Shown: piece by piece, positions 18,014-28,006 of the stretch
How the letters are laid out: the number at the start of each line of letters is the position of its first letter
Numbering within the stretch: the stretch's first letter is position 1
NCBI GenBank assembly: GCA_014879535.1
Contig: JACSRX010000052.1
Span: 58,334 to 122,333 of the forward strand
DNA length: 64,000 nucleotides
Direction of reading: 5' to 3'
DNA from: Chthoniobacterales bacterium
Lineage (GTDB): Bacteria; Verrucomicrobiota; Verrucomicrobiia; Chthoniobacterales; JACTMZ01
Program-made: the position numbers and the translations under genes
The notes under the pieces: generated by a model
The model's input: only the letters and a program-made list of their open reading frames with translations
Database searches by the model: none
What the model was told of the DNA's origin: nothing

Positions 18014-19546
18014 ATGAAACGCCTCCGGACGCTGCAACTCCTGCTGGCCGCCTTGGCATCCTCCGCCGTTGCCGGGGAATGGCCCCACGCCGTGACTTAC
18101 GAGATCTTCGTCCGCGCTTTCGCCGACAGCAACAAGGACGGCACCGGGGACCTGCGCGGGGTGACGGAAAAGCTGGATTACCTCAAGGACCTCGGCGTCC
18201 AAGCCATCTGGCTCATGCCGATCCACCCTTCCCCCTCCTACCACAAATACGACGTCACCGATTACCGGGAAATCCATCCCGAATACGGCACGATGAAGGA
18301 TTTTGAAACCCTCATTGCCGAGGCCCATCGCCGGGGCATCCGCATCATCATCGACCTGGTGATCAACCACACCTCAAGACAGCACCCGTGGTTCGAGGCC
18401 GCCGTGACGGATCCCTCCGGCCCGTATCGTGATTACTACGTCTGGCGCCACGCGGACGAGATCGACTCGATGACCGCCTCCTCCGCCGGACCCGACACCG
18501 ACAATTTGCGCCGCTGGCACGAGGCCGGAAAAGACACCGATTCCTTCTACTACGCCTACTTCACCGGAGGGATGCCGGACCTGAATTTCGACAACCCAGA
18601 GGTGCGGCGTGAAATCTACGACATCGGGCGTTTCTGGCTCGAAAAGGGCGTGGACGGCTTCCGCCTCGACGCGGCCATGCACATCTACCCGGATGAGCGC
18701 GAGGACGACAGCGTCGCATTCTGGAAGGAATTCCGCCGCGAGATGGAAAAGACAAATCCGGATGTGCTGCTTGTCGGCGAGGTGTGGACCGAAGGCGACA
18801 GGGCCAAGAAATACCTGCCGGGCCTGAAATCGGTCTTCAACTTCGAACTGGCGGGCTCGATCCTCGACGCCCTCCGTTCCGGGAGGGGCGACGGCCTCGC
18901 CGCACGCCATGCCGATCTGCAGCGAAAATACCACGGCGTCACAGGCGACTTCGTGGATGCGACATTCCTTTCCAACCACGACCAGAACCGCGTCATGAGC
19001 GTGCTGGACGACGAGGACAGAGCGCGCGTCGCCGCGGCCATCCTGCTGACGTTGCCGGGATCCCCCTACCTCTATTACGGCGAGGAGATCGGGATGCTCG
19101 GCACGAAGCCGGACCATTTCATCCGCGAGCCGATGCTCTGGCAGAAACAGCCCGATCCGTGGAGGGCGCAGACCGGCCGGGTGCGTTTCAACAAAAGCAG
19201 CGCCGTGCGGCCCGTGCAGCAGCAGTTGGAGAATCCCTCCTCCCTGCTCAACCACTACCGCAGCCTCATCCACCTGCGGAACAAGACCGCCGCGCTCAAC
19301 CGCGGCGATCTGCAACCGGTCGGGGACCTCCACCCCTCGCTCGTCGCGTTCATCCGCAGGCAGGACAACGAGCGCGTTCTCGTCGCGCACAACGTGTCCG
19401 GCAAGAGGGTCGTGATCGACCTGCCTGAAACTTTCAAGGGATTCACCGAGGTGCTTTGGAAGTCCTCGGACCGCGTCGCGGGCAAAGGGGCAACCATCAC
19501 GCTGCCCGCGCACTCCTCGATCGTGCTCCGCGCGCGGGCTTCCTGA
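18014..19546 (+). CDS. Secreted GH13 alpha-amylase-family glycosidase
   Basis: A signal peptide is present. GH13 regions are visible: DLVINHTS, GVDGFRLDAAMHI, LLVGEVW and FLSNHDQNR. Confidence 0.9.
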   Translation: MKRLRTLQLLLAALASSAVAGEWPHAVTYEIFVRAFADSNKDGTGDLRGVTEKLDYLKDLGVQAIWLMPIHPSPSYHKYDVTDYREIHPEYGTMKDFETLIAEAHRRGIRIIIDLVINHTSRQHPWFEAAVTDPSGPYRDYYVWRHADEIDSMTASSAGPDTDNLRRWHEAGKDTDSFYYAYFTGGMPDLNFDNPEVRREIYDIGRFWLEKGVDGFRLDAAMHIYPDEREDDSVAFWKEFRREMEKTNPDVLLVGEVWTEGDRAKKYLPGLKSVFNFELAGSILDALRSGRGDGLAARHADLQRKYHGVTGDFVDATFLSNHDQNRVMSVLDDEDRARVAAAILLTLPGSPYLYYGEEIGMLGTKPDHFIREPMLWQKQPDPWRAQTGRVRFNKSSAVRPVQQQLENPSSLLNHYRSLIHLRNKTAALNRGDLQPVGDLHPSLVAFIRRQDNERVLVAHNVSGKRVVIDLPETFKGFTEVLWKSSDRVAGKGATITLPAHSSIVLRARAS

Positions 19547-19559
19547 GCCGGACGCCGCC

Positions 19560-20828
19560 CTACGGCGTCCTGTGGATGATCTGCTGGCGTCCCAGCGTGA
19601 TCACCCGTTGACCCGATCCGCCGGAGTCCTGCACCCGCAACGACACCTGGGTGTTCGGCGCCCCGCGGATGAGATCGACCACCTGCCCCAGCGGAAGCCC
19701 CCTCGGATCCACCCAACCGCCCTGCCCGTCGCTCACGGCAAGAAGTTTGTCCCCCGGGCGCAACTGCCCGCTCATGCTCGCCGGACTGCCGGGAACAAAA
19801 TCCGTCAGCACGGGAAAACCGTCATTTCCGGAAACCACGCGCGCGCCGATCCCCACGGGGGCCGCGCGCTGGATCCCCTGCAGTGCCGCGGCCTGATCGG
19901 AAGGGTCAGCCAGACTGGAGGCCCATTGCATCGCCGCAACCGTGTCCTTGTTCGCCCACGACTCGGCGATGCTCCCGGCCAGACGCGTCCGCGACTCGGG
20001 CGCGCCGGGAGGAAACTGCGTGAAACTGCGTGCGGCGGCGGCGGGGTTTCCGGCTGCCTCTGCCTGGAGGATGCTGGTTTGCACCCGTGCCCGCAACTCG
20101 GGGTCCGGAATCTGGGACGCCCACTGGCGGGCCGCGTCGGGCGCGGAGGCTCCCCATGCCCTGGCCAGCGACTCGTAAAAGCGGTTTTGCTGCCGGCCCT
20201 CAAAACCGCTCCCCATGGCCACGGCCGCCGCGGGATCGGTGGTCACGAGCTTCGAGGCCACGCGCGCCAGCAATTCGGCTTGGCGCCCCGCCCCGCCCTC
20301 CTTCGCCAAGGCGGCGGCCTGGGCGGGCGAAAACTTGCCCGAATCCATCAAATACAGGGCCAGAGCCCCCGCGACACCGAACCTCGTGACATCGCGGTTG
20401 CGCACCAAATCCAGTGTGGTGGCGCCCGACCATTGCGCAAGCAGTGCGAGCATCAGCATGTCGCGCGCCTCCGCATCCTGCAACAGTCGCACCTGCTCCA
20501 GCGCCTCCTCCGGGCGCAGTGCCGCGATCCGTGAAACCATCCCGGCCAGATAGGTCTCTCGGGCTTTTCCGTCCTTGAGTCCCTCCATCCCGGAGAGGAG
20601 TTCCTGCTTGCCGCGACCAGCCATCGTCACCCCCACCGATCTGCCGGTGGCCGCCGGGGCGTCCTGACCATCCTCAACGCTGGCGATCCCCTCCCCGGGG
20701 ACCTTTGCATCCGCACGACGGCCGGTTTCCGTCTCGGACTGCGGGACATGCTCGAACAGCACGAACACCACCAGAGCCGCGACAGCGAGCCCGACCAAGG
20801 CCAGCGTGAGGAATTTTCCGGACACCAT
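19560..20828 (-). CDS. Membrane-anchored helical-repeat protein with C-terminal PDZ domain
   Basis: There is an N-terminal TM segment (FLTLALVGLAVAALVVFVLF). The C-terminal GIGARVV…GSPASMSGQLRPGDKLLAVSDG…VVDLIRG reads as PDZ. Confidence 0.7.
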   Translation of the reverse strand: MVSGKFLTLALVGLAVAALVVFVLFEHVPQSETETGRRADAKVPGEGIASVEDGQDAPAATGRSVGVTMAGRGKQELLSGMEGLKDGKARETYLAGMVSRIAALRPEEALEQVRLLQDAEARDMLMLALLAQWSGATTLDLVRNRDVTRFGVAGALALYLMDSGKFSPAQAAALAKEGGAGRQAELLARVASKLVTTDPAAAVAMGSGFEGRQQNRFYESLARAWGASAPDAARQWASQIPDPELRARVQTSILQAEAAGNPAAAARSFTQFPPGAPESRTRLAGSIAESWANKDTVAAMQWASSLADPSDQAAALQGIQRAAPVGIGARVVSGNDGFPVLTDFVPGSPASMSGQLRPGDKLLAVSDGQGGWVDPRGLPLGQVVDLIRGAPNTQVSLRVQDSGGSGQRVITLGRQQIIHRTP

Positions 20829-20923
20829 ACCCGGCTAAGGTGCTCCCGCACCGCTCCCACGCAAGCAATTGTTTCGCAGAATGCAGGGACGTCTGGGACA
20901 ATGGCCAGCCACCCCACCGCACG

Positions 20924-22201
20924 ATGACCCATCCCCGACTCGTCGAGTTTGCCAAAGGCCAACTGGCCAAGGGAATGCCGGTCCCCGACATCATCGCACA
21001 CCTGCGCGGGCAGAAATGGGAGGAGTCCGTCATCGACGAAGTCATCACGGCCGCCACTGCCGGCACCGAACCTGCCGCGGCAGTGGGCACCACCCCCGCC
21101 ACCGCACCGCAGCCGTCGAACGGGATGCTCGTGAAAATCGCCCTGCTGCTTCTCGCCGCTCTCATCGCCGCGGCCGCCATCGCAGGCTTCTTCGGCTACC
21201 AGCAATACTCCCGGGCGAAAATCATCCGCGAAAAGACCAAGTTCGTGGAATTTTCCGGCAACATCACCGGGCAATACCTGCCCGGCACTGCGGACGCGGG
21301 AGCCACCGCCGGGAACTTCAGACTGTTCGATTTCAACGGCGTCGTGGACAGCTCCCAGATCACCGAGCCCCGCGCCGCCATGAAAGCCATCCTCGATCCG
21401 GCGGGAGAAACCATCACCACCCTCCAGACCATCTCCTCCGGCACGGATGCGCGTTACATTGCCGCCACCCTCCTTGCGGCAGCGGGCGGGAGCCGGCTTT
21501 TCGGCGGGGCGGACTTCCGCTGGGGAGGCGACAGCGTTTTCATCCGGCCCGAGAGGACCCCGTGGTCCAGCCTCGCACCTGACAACCTCGTCAGCGGCCT
21601 GCTCGGCGCGCTGATCGGCCCCGACCTGCTCTCCAACCCCTGGGTGCGCGTGGCCGTTGGCAAACCGGATACCGGAATCGGCGCCGAGCAACAGGTCACA
21701 TGGGCCCTGCTTTTCCGTCCCACCGACCAGGTCTTCGGCAACAGCAAGGAACTGTCCTTCCTCGGCCGCGAGGACGGCGGCGACATCCACGGAGTCCCCA
21801 CCGAAATCCACCACTACTCCCTCAACGGCGAATGGATGACCAAACATTTGCGCGAGGCGCTTCGCGACAGTTCAGCGGACAAGAACATGGCATGGCTCGG
21901 CCAGTTGCAGGCCATGATCACCGGCGCCACGCCCGACACCGGCTCCATCGGAACCTTGGAAGTCTCGGACGCCGAGATGTCCGTCTGGGTCGGCAAACCG
22001 GACACACTGCCCTACCGCATCGTCATCAAACTCGACGTCAAGGAAGGCGCCAAATCACCCGCCACCCTGCGCCTCGAAGGGGAACTCACCGCCGCCTACG
22101 GCCAACCGGTCAAGATCGAACTCCCGCCGGACTCCGTCGGCATCGAGCAGATCCAGAAGCAACTCGGAGCCCTGCAGGGCATCGGCAATTCCTTCCGATA
22201 G
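20924..22201 (+). CDS. Hypothetical membrane-anchored protein
   Basis: The start is taken at MTHPRLVEF. There is one TM segment (LVKIALLLLAALIAAAAIAGFFG) and the composition is balanced. The overlapping 406-aa minus-strand ORF is G/R/A-rich shadow sequence. Confidence 0.6.
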   Translation: MTHPRLVEFAKGQLAKGMPVPDIIAHLRGQKWEESVIDEVITAATAGTEPAAAVGTTPATAPQPSNGMLVKIALLLLAALIAAAAIAGFFGYQQYSRAKIIREKTKFVEFSGNITGQYLPGTADAGATAGNFRLFDFNGVVDSSQITEPRAAMKAILDPAGETITTLQTISSGTDARYIAATLLAAAGGSRLFGGADFRWGGDSVFIRPERTPWSSLAPDNLVSGLLGALIGPDLLSNPWVRVAVGKPDTGIGAEQQVTWALLFRPTDQVFGNSKELSFLGREDGGDIHGVPTEIHHYSLNGEWMTKHLREALRDSSADKNMAWLGQLQAMITGATPDTGSIGTLEVSDAEMSVWVGKPDTLPYRIVIKLDVKEGAKSPATLRLEGELTAAYGQPVKIELPPDSVGIEQIQKQLGALQGIGNSFR

Positions 22202-22211
22202 GCCGCCGGGC

Positions 22212-22293
22212 TGCTCGGGAGGGGAGTCGAACCCCTACGGATTTCTCCACTGGATCCTAAGTCCAGCGCGTCTGCCAGTTCCGCCACCCGAGC
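22212..22293 (-). tRNA. tRNA-Leu (anticodon UAG)
   Basis: Cloverleaf drawn by hand. The acceptor is GCTCGGG/CCCGAGC with A73. The D-arm is TGGCGGAACTGGCAGACGCGC. The anticodon arm is CTGGA-CTTAGGA-TCCAG. There is a long variable arm and the T-arm is AGGGG-TTCGACT-CCCCT. Confidence 0.93.
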
Positions 22294-22397
22294 GTCGCCA
22301 GTTCCCGAAAGCTCGCAGATGCCCCCCGCGTTGACAAGGAGCCGGAGCGGCAACTCGCCGGTTGCTTAAAGCCTCGACTGCATCTCTACTGAGCGTG

Positions 22398-23558
22398 ATG
22401 GCCACACGGCACCGCATCGGCATCCTGCACACCGAATCCTCTCGCAACCTCGGGGGCCAGGAGCTGCGCATCCTTCTCGAAATGGAGATGCTCACCTCGC
22501 GCGGTTACGACTCCGTGCTGGCCGCACGAGAGGGATCAGCCATCCTTGACGAGGCCGAGCACCGCAGCCTCCCCTCCTGTTCGCTGCCCCTGCGCAGCGA
22601 GTTCGACCCCGCGTCGATCGTCAGGATCGCCCGCACCATCCGCAGCCACAAGATCGACATCGTCAACGCCCATGGATCCAAAGACGCGTGGAACGCTGCC
22701 ATCGTGGCCCGTGCACTCGGACGGAAAGTCGTCCGCTCCCGCCACATCGGCAACCCCATCCGCCGCAATCCCCTCTCCCGTCTCATTTATGGACCGCTCT
22801 GCGACCGCGTCATGGTGACCAGCCGGGCCATCGCGCGGGGGATGGTGGAGCGTGGAGTCGATCCCAGACGCATCGAAAGCATCCCCACAGGCGTGGATAT
22901 CGCAAAGTTTTCCAACGCCGCGGCCTCCGGCGAACTCCGCCGGAGCCTGGGCTTGGCGGCGCATACTCCACTCGTCGGCATGGTGTCCATCCTCCGCGGC
23001 GACAAAGGTCCCCAGTTCTTCGTGCGCGCTGCCTTGCGCCTGATCACGCAGGGATGCATGGCCACCTTCGTCATCGTGGGCGACGGCGACATGCGCGACC
23101 GCCTCACGGGAATGGCCTCATCCGCCCCCCCCCAACGCATCCATTTCACCGGCTACCGCCGGGATATCCCCCAACTTCTCAAGGAGTTCGACGTTTCCGT
23201 GGTGCCCTCGAAATCGACCGAGGGCATCCCCCAAGCCCTGCTGCAGGCCTTCGCTGCCGGTGTCCCCGTGGTCGCGGCCGATGTGGGAGGCGTCAATGAG
23301 GCTGCCATCAACAACCTGACGGCAAGATGCTTCCCCGTGGGTGACGAGGTCGCCCTTGCCGGGGCAATTGATGAGCTCCTTGCAAATCCCTCGTCCGCAC
23401 GCACCCTGGCCGATCGTGCCTTTGACTTGGTTGCTCGGCATTACTCCCTTCCCGTCATGCTCGACCGCATCGATGCCCTCTACCGCTCCGTGCTCGGCGC
23501 CCCTGCCCCGGGCGCAGTCGCATCTGCACCTTCCCGCGACGCCATCCCTCCCTCATGA
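22398..23558 (+). CDS. Glycosyltransferase family 4 (Glycos_transf_1)
   Basis: The C-terminal signature PSKSTEGIPQALLQAFAAGVPVVAADVGGVNEA is present. The start is taken at MATRHRIGILH. Confidence 0.85.
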   Translation: MATRHRIGILHTESSRNLGGQELRILLEMEMLTSRGYDSVLAAREGSAILDEAEHRSLPSCSLPLRSEFDPASIVRIARTIRSHKIDIVNAHGSKDAWNAAIVARALGRKVVRSRHIGNPIRRNPLSRLIYGPLCDRVMVTSRAIARGMVERGVDPRRIESIPTGVDIAKFSNAAASGELRRSLGLAAHTPLVGMVSILRGDKGPQFFVRAALRLITQGCMATFVIVGDGDMRDRLTGMASSAPPQRIHFTGYRRDIPQLLKEFDVSVVPSKSTEGIPQALLQAFAAGVPVVAADVGGVNEAAINNLTARCFPVGDEVALAGAIDELLANPSSARTLADRAFDLVARHYSLPVMLDRIDALYRSVLGAPAPGAVASAPSRDAIPPS

Positions 23559-24805
23559 AAACACGCCTCCTTCTGCTGGCCTTCATTCTCGTCCTTGCCA
23601 CGGCAGCCTGCATTGGTTGGTTCATCTGGTTCCGGGGCTCCATGACGGACGGAACATTGCCGCTCTACCTCACGTGGCATGACGACCCCACCACGACCAT
23701 GACGGTCTGCTGGCTGTCCGGAACACCGGACTCCCCGCAGCCCCACGTGTTTTATCACGCCAAGGGCGACGACACATGGCACAGGGCCGTGGGCAAGGCA
23801 CGCCCGTTTCCGCACACCGGCCAGACAATCAACCATGTCGATCTCACCGGTTTGCAACCGGGAACCCGCTACGAGTTCCTGACCTCGGAGACCGGGGAGT
23901 TCTTCACGTTCGAGACATTGCCGGCCACCCTTGATGCCCCGCTCCGGTTCGTGGAGGGCGGCGACGCCGCCGACGATTTCGAAATCACGGATCGCATGAA
24001 TGCGCTCGCCGGAAAACGCGATCCGGCTTTTGTCGTGCTGGGTGGCGATCTTGCCTATTGCAACGGGGAACCGGGCAGGGCCAACCGCTGGACAACCTTT
24101 TTCCAATCCATGCACCGTCACCTGCGCGCACCCGACGGACGGCTCATCCCCGTCATCGTCGCCATCGGGAACCATGAAGTGCGTCTGCGTGACAAGGCCC
24201 GTTGGCCGGAAAACCTCCCTGCGGATGCAAAGACGCGGAACGACCTGTCCGCCGCCTTCCATGCCGCTTTCCCCTTCCCCGGAGATCCCGCCTTCGGCGT
24301 CATCGATGTCGGCGACTATCTCAGCCTGGTCTTCCTCGACTCGAACCATCTCACCCCCGTCGCCGGCGCCCAGACGGAATGGCTTGCCCGCACGCTCGAG
24401 GAACGACGGGGACGCCCCAACGTGCTTCCCGTTTACCACGTTCCCGCCTACCCGTCGAAAAACGACTACGACCATTACACCAGCAAGGACATCCGCAAGA
24501 ACTGGGTTCCCCTCTTCGAGGAGGCCGGCCTCCGCCTGGCTTTCGAGCACCACGGCCACACGTTCAAGATCACCCACCCCATCCGCGACGGCAAAGTGGA
24601 CCCCGACGGCATCGTTTACGTCGGCGACGGCGCGTGGGGGGTCAAACCGCGCGAGGTGCATCCGGTGGACCAGACGTGGTATCTCTCCAAGGCCGGCAAC
24701 ATCCAGCACCTGCACGAGGTCACCCTCGAACCCGGGCGCCGCACCGTGGAATCCATCTCCATCGACGGCGAAACTCTCAACACCTTCAGCCAGACCGTTC
24801 CCTGA
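23555..24805 (+). CDS. Metallophosphoesterase (purple-acid-phosphatase-like), membrane-anchored or secreted
   Basis: An ATGA overlap links it to the GT4 gene. There is an N-terminal hydrophobic segment. Calcineurin-like motifs are present: GGDAADD, GGDLAY, GNHE and FEHHGH. Confidence 0.75.
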   Translation: MKTRLLLLAFILVLATAACIGWFIWFRGSMTDGTLPLYLTWHDDPTTTMTVCWLSGTPDSPQPHVFYHAKGDDTWHRAVGKARPFPHTGQTINHVDLTGLQPGTRYEFLTSETGEFFTFETLPATLDAPLRFVEGGDAADDFEITDRMNALAGKRDPAFVVLGGDLAYCNGEPGRANRWTTFFQSMHRHLRAPDGRLIPVIVAIGNHEVRLRDKARWPENLPADAKTRNDLSAAFHAAFPFPGDPAFGVIDVGDYLSLVFLDSNHLTPVAGAQTEWLARTLEERRGRPNVLPVYHVPAYPSKNDYDHYTSKDIRKNWVPLFEEAGLRLAFEHHGHTFKITHPIRDGKVDPDGIVYVGDGAWGVKPREVHPVDQTWYLSKAGNIQHLHEVTLEPGRRTVESISIDGETLNTFSQTVP

Positions 24806-24914
24806 CCCCCATGAGCGCTCGGGAGACATCGGCAGATTTCTCCGCGGACATTGGAAAAATCTAACACGGCCGGAGCACCGTTTCTAACCAGCACCTCTTA
24901 GCGTTGGGGGTGAT

Positions 24915-25523
24915 ATGAAAACCATCACCATCGCGCTGGCGGCGGCTTTGGCCCTGCTGGCACCTCCGGCTGCGCGCACCGAAGTTCCGGCCCCGACCAT
25001 CAAGAACCTCAACGCCGCGTTTCAAGGCGAGTCCAATGCATCCAATCGGTATGCGATCTTCGCCGAGAAAGCCGACGCCGAGGGCCACCCGGAAGTTGCG
25101 AAACTATTCCGGGCCGCCTCGACATCCGAGGCGATCCACCGCGACAACCACAGGAAGGCGATCCTGGGTCTCGGAGGCAAAATCGAGGCATTCGAACTGG
25201 AAACGGTAGCGCCCGGCAGCACAGCCGACAACCTCGAGGCCGCGATCAAGGGCGAAACCTATGAACAGGAAACGATGTATCCGGAATTTCTTGCGGTCGC
25301 GGAAAAGGATGATGCCCGGTCCGCCATGCGCACGTTCAAGTTCGCCATGGAGACCGAGAAGGAGCACGCAAAGCTGTATCGCACCGCCCTCGACAGCCTC
25401 GGAAAACAGGGACCGGTTGAGTATTATGTGTGCCAAGTCTGCGGAATGACCCTCACCGGGGTTCCCGGGAAAAAGTGCCCGGTGTGCCGCAAGAGCCGCG
25501 ACGAATACAAAAAAATCCGTTGA
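24915..25523 (+). CDS. Rubrerythrin-family protein with N-terminal signal peptide
   Basis: The signal-like N-terminus is MKTITIALAAALALLAPPAA. Four di-iron helices are present (E…EAIH, E…EKEH). A C-terminal rubredoxin-like CQVC…CPVC follows. Confidence 0.8.
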   Translation: MKTITIALAAALALLAPPAARTEVPAPTIKNLNAAFQGESNASNRYAIFAEKADAEGHPEVAKLFRAASTSEAIHRDNHRKAILGLGGKIEAFELETVAPGSTADNLEAAIKGETYEQETMYPEFLAVAEKDDARSAMRTFKFAMETEKEHAKLYRTALDSLGKQGPVEYYVCQVCGMTLTGVPGKKCPVCRKSRDEYKKIR

Positions 25524-25532
25524 GCCCGCGTC

Positions 25533-26057
25533 ATGATTCCGATTCCAAGCCCCCTGCACCCGGCGGTGGTGCATTTCCCCATCGTCCTCATTCTCATCGG
25601 AATGGTGTGCGCCGTCGTCTCGGTCTTCATTCAGCGCTGGCATCTCCACTTGCTGGCTGCCGTTGTGCTTTCAACCGCCGCGGTTGGTGCGGTGGTCGCC
25701 ACCGTGACCGGGGGACAGGATGAGGAAATGGCGGGTGAGTTGTCCGGGCCAGCCGAGCATGCTTTGGAGGAACATGAGCAGTGGGGGGAGAGAACACGCA
25801 ACCTCGCATTGGTCGCGGCCGCCTTCGCCATCGGGGCCGCAGCCCTGTCGAAGGTGCGGCTTGCCGGACGATCCCTGTCCGTGATCACGGCCGTGGTTTC
25901 GATGGCGGCGGCCTACAGCGTCGCGCAGGCCGGCCACTACGGCGGTCAATTGGTTTACCGCCACGGCCTCGGCATCAACACTGCGGGAGCCTCCGACGGG
26001 GACACCGGTCCGGCGGAGACGCAAGAATGGGCTCACGGCCACGAGGACGACGATTGA
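25533..26057 (+). CDS. DUF2231-family membrane protein
   Basis: HPAVVHFPIVLILIG is present at the N-terminus, with four predicted TM segments. Confidence 0.6.
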   Translation: MIPIPSPLHPAVVHFPIVLILIGMVCAVVSVFIQRWHLHLLAAVVLSTAAVGAVVATVTGGQDEEMAGELSGPAEHALEEHEQWGERTRNLALVAAAFAIGAAALSKVRLAGRSLSVITAVVSMAAAYSVAQAGHYGGQLVYRHGLGINTAGASDGDTGPAETQEWAHGHEDDD

Positions 26058-26111
26058 ACGCAACCGGACTTGTCCTCGCCAACACCCGCAGACGATCGAT
26101 AGGCTCCGGAC

Positions 26112-26789
26112 ATGCGCGTGCTGGTCGCCGAGGATGACCCGAAGGTCCGGCGCCACTTGGTCCAGGCCCTCGTTGCTGCCGGGCACGCGGTGGACGAAGC
26201 TTGCGACGGCGATGAAGCGCTCTGGCTTCTGGGCGAGGCGGACTACCAGGCGGCGGTCCTTGATGTCGGGCTTCCGGGACGGGACGGGATCAGCGTGACC
26301 CGGTCCATGCGTGCGATGGGCCGGTCGCTGCCCATCCTCCTGGCCACGGCCCGCGGTGATTTGCGGGACAAGATCACCGGGCTCGACGCCGGGGCGGATG
26401 ATTATCTGGTCAAGCCGTTCTCCACCGAGGAACTGCTGGCGCGCCTGCGCGCGCTGCAACGACGAGGACGCCCGGATGCCGAGCAGATTTTGAGGGTGGA
26501 GGACCTTGAAATCGACATCAGGGCACGCACTGCAAGCCGGGGCGGAATCGAGATCAGTCTCACAAACCGGGAGTTCGCCCTGCTGGAGGTCTTGGCCGAA
26601 GCCTCGCCGCGCCCCGTGTCCAAGACAACACTCGTCGAACGCGTCTGGGACCGCCACTTCGACTCGGGAACGAACGTGCTCAATGTTTACGTGAATTACC
26701 TGCGCAACAAGATCGATCGCCCCGGCTCCCCCCCATTGCTCCACACATTGCGCGGGATCGGCTTCGCATTGCGGCTGGAACGACCGTGA
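26112..26789 (+). CDS. OmpR-family response regulator
   Basis: The receiver domain is present (MRVLVAEDD…LDVGLPGRDG…DDYLVKPF). A C-terminal winged-helix follows (LTNREFALLEVL…LRNKID). Confidence 0.9.
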   Translation: MRVLVAEDDPKVRRHLVQALVAAGHAVDEACDGDEALWLLGEADYQAAVLDVGLPGRDGISVTRSMRAMGRSLPILLATARGDLRDKITGLDAGADDYLVKPFSTEELLARLRALQRRGRPDAEQILRVEDLEIDIRARTASRGGIEISLTNREFALLEVLAEASPRPVSKTTLVERVWDRHFDSGTNVLNVYVNYLRNKIDRPGSPPLLHTLRGIGFALRLERP

Positions 26790-27835
26790 ACCTGAGATTC
26801 AAGCTGGCGGCATGGTTTGCGCTTTCATTCGTCCTGCTCGCCGGCCTGCTCGTGGTCACCGCGCACACCCACCTCGACGAGGAACTTCGCAAGGACCGTT
26901 GGGACAGGTCACATCCGAAATTCCCGGGCTGGATCATTCACGGCAGCTACACCGACGAGGAAGTCCATGACATCTTGGGCGAGTTGCTGCGGGTCTGGGT
27001 ATGGGTCGGGGTGCCGGCCGTCCTCGGAAGCTTGGCCGTAGGTTACCTCATCGCGCGGCGCTCGATGCAGCCGGTGGCAAGGATCAACCGCGAAATGGAC
27101 GCCCTCCAAACGGGTGACCTCCGTCGGGGCGTCACGGTTCCAGATAGGGACCTGGAACTGAGCGCTCTCGTCTCCCATCTCAACGGTCTTCTCCGTCGCG
27201 TGGCGGACTCCTTCGAGCAAATGAGCGATTTCTCAGCCCAAGTTGCCCATGAACTGCGCACACCGCTGTCCATCCTCCGCCTGCGTCTGGAGGCTGCGGC
27301 ACCAGAGCTTCCGCCGGACTTTTCCGAGGAAATGGAGGAGGAACTGCACCGGCTTTCCCGCCTCGTGGAAAGATCGCTTCTCATGGCAAGAGCCGAAGGG
27401 CAAAAACTCGACGTGGATGCCGATTCGGTGGATCTGTCATCGTTGATGGAAGAACTGCGTGACAGCTATGCTGTCGTGGCGCGGGAAAAATCCACGGAGC
27501 TTCAGTGGTGCATTCCCAGCGGTCTGCAATGCTTCTCTGACCCTGATTTGTTGAGGCAAATCCTGCACAACCTGCTGGACAACGCCGCCAAGCATGGTCG
27601 CGAGGCCGTCCGGGTCAGTGCATACGCCGACGGACAGGATCGTGTCATCGTCAAGATCAGCAACTTCGCTCCGCCGGAAGGGGCTCCATCATCGGGCGTC
27701 GGCATCGGACTTCGCCTGAGCAATGCTCTTGCATCCGCGCTGCAGGGAACCGGGTTGCGCTTGCGATCCACGCATGGCGGCTTCTTCGCGCGTCTGACAG
27801 TGCCTCGGCAAAATGCAGCCTGTGACCCAACCTGA
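26786..27835 (+). CDS. Sensor histidine kinase
   Basis: The GTG start overlaps the regulator stop (GTGA). It has two TM segments plus a HAMP-like region. The H-box is AHELRTPLS, the N-box is LLDNAAKHG and the G-box is GVGIGL. Confidence 0.88.
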   Translation: MNLRFKLAAWFALSFVLLAGLLVVTAHTHLDEELRKDRWDRSHPKFPGWIIHGSYTDEEVHDILGELLRVWVWVGVPAVLGSLAVGYLIARRSMQPVARINREMDALQTGDLRRGVTVPDRDLELSALVSHLNGLLRRVADSFEQMSDFSAQVAHELRTPLSILRLRLEAAAPELPPDFSEEMEEELHRLSRLVERSLLMARAEGQKLDVDADSVDLSSLMEELRDSYAVVAREKSTELQWCIPSGLQCFSDPDLLRQILHNLLDNAAKHGREAVRVSAYADGQDRVIVKISNFAPPEGAPSSGVGIGLRLSNALASALQGTGLRLRSTHGGFFARLTVPRQNAACDPT

Positions 27836-27860
27836 GCATCCTGTCATCCCACCAAGAAAC

Positions 27861-27931
27861 AGCGGGCAGAGGGAATCGAACCCTCATAGCCAGCTTGGAA
27901 GGCTGGAGTTTTACCACTAAACTATGCCCGC
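27861..27931 (-). tRNA. tRNA-Gly (anticodon UCC)
   Basis: Hand fold: GCGGGCA-TA-GTTT-AGTGGTA-AAAC-T-CCAGC-CTTCCAA-GCTGG-CTAT-GAGGG-TTCGATT-CCCTC-TGCCCGC-T. Confidence 0.93.
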
Positions 27932-28006
27932 GGACTGCGTATAGGTTCTCCGCGGGGGCTTGCGCGTCAAGGCGGTTTTGCGGCACAAGGTCGGATCGCT
28001 TCCGGC

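Noticed and set aside
18374-19513. 379-aa minus-strand ORF
   Set aside because: It is antisense to the GH13 gene, which has all four conserved GH13 regions. The composition is G/R/V/H-rich, typical of a shadow ORF in GC-rich DNA.
20013-20033. 10-bp tandem duplication (GAAACTGCGT x2) as a possible frameshift or pseudogene signal in the PDZ-protein gene
   Set aside because: The 422-aa frame stays open through it and the encoded segment (…ARSFTQFPPGAP…) is unremarkable. There is no evidence of disruption.
23480-24829. 449-aa minus-strand ORF
   Set aside because: It is antisense to the metallophosphoesterase gene, has no motifs and is G/V/E/R-rich.
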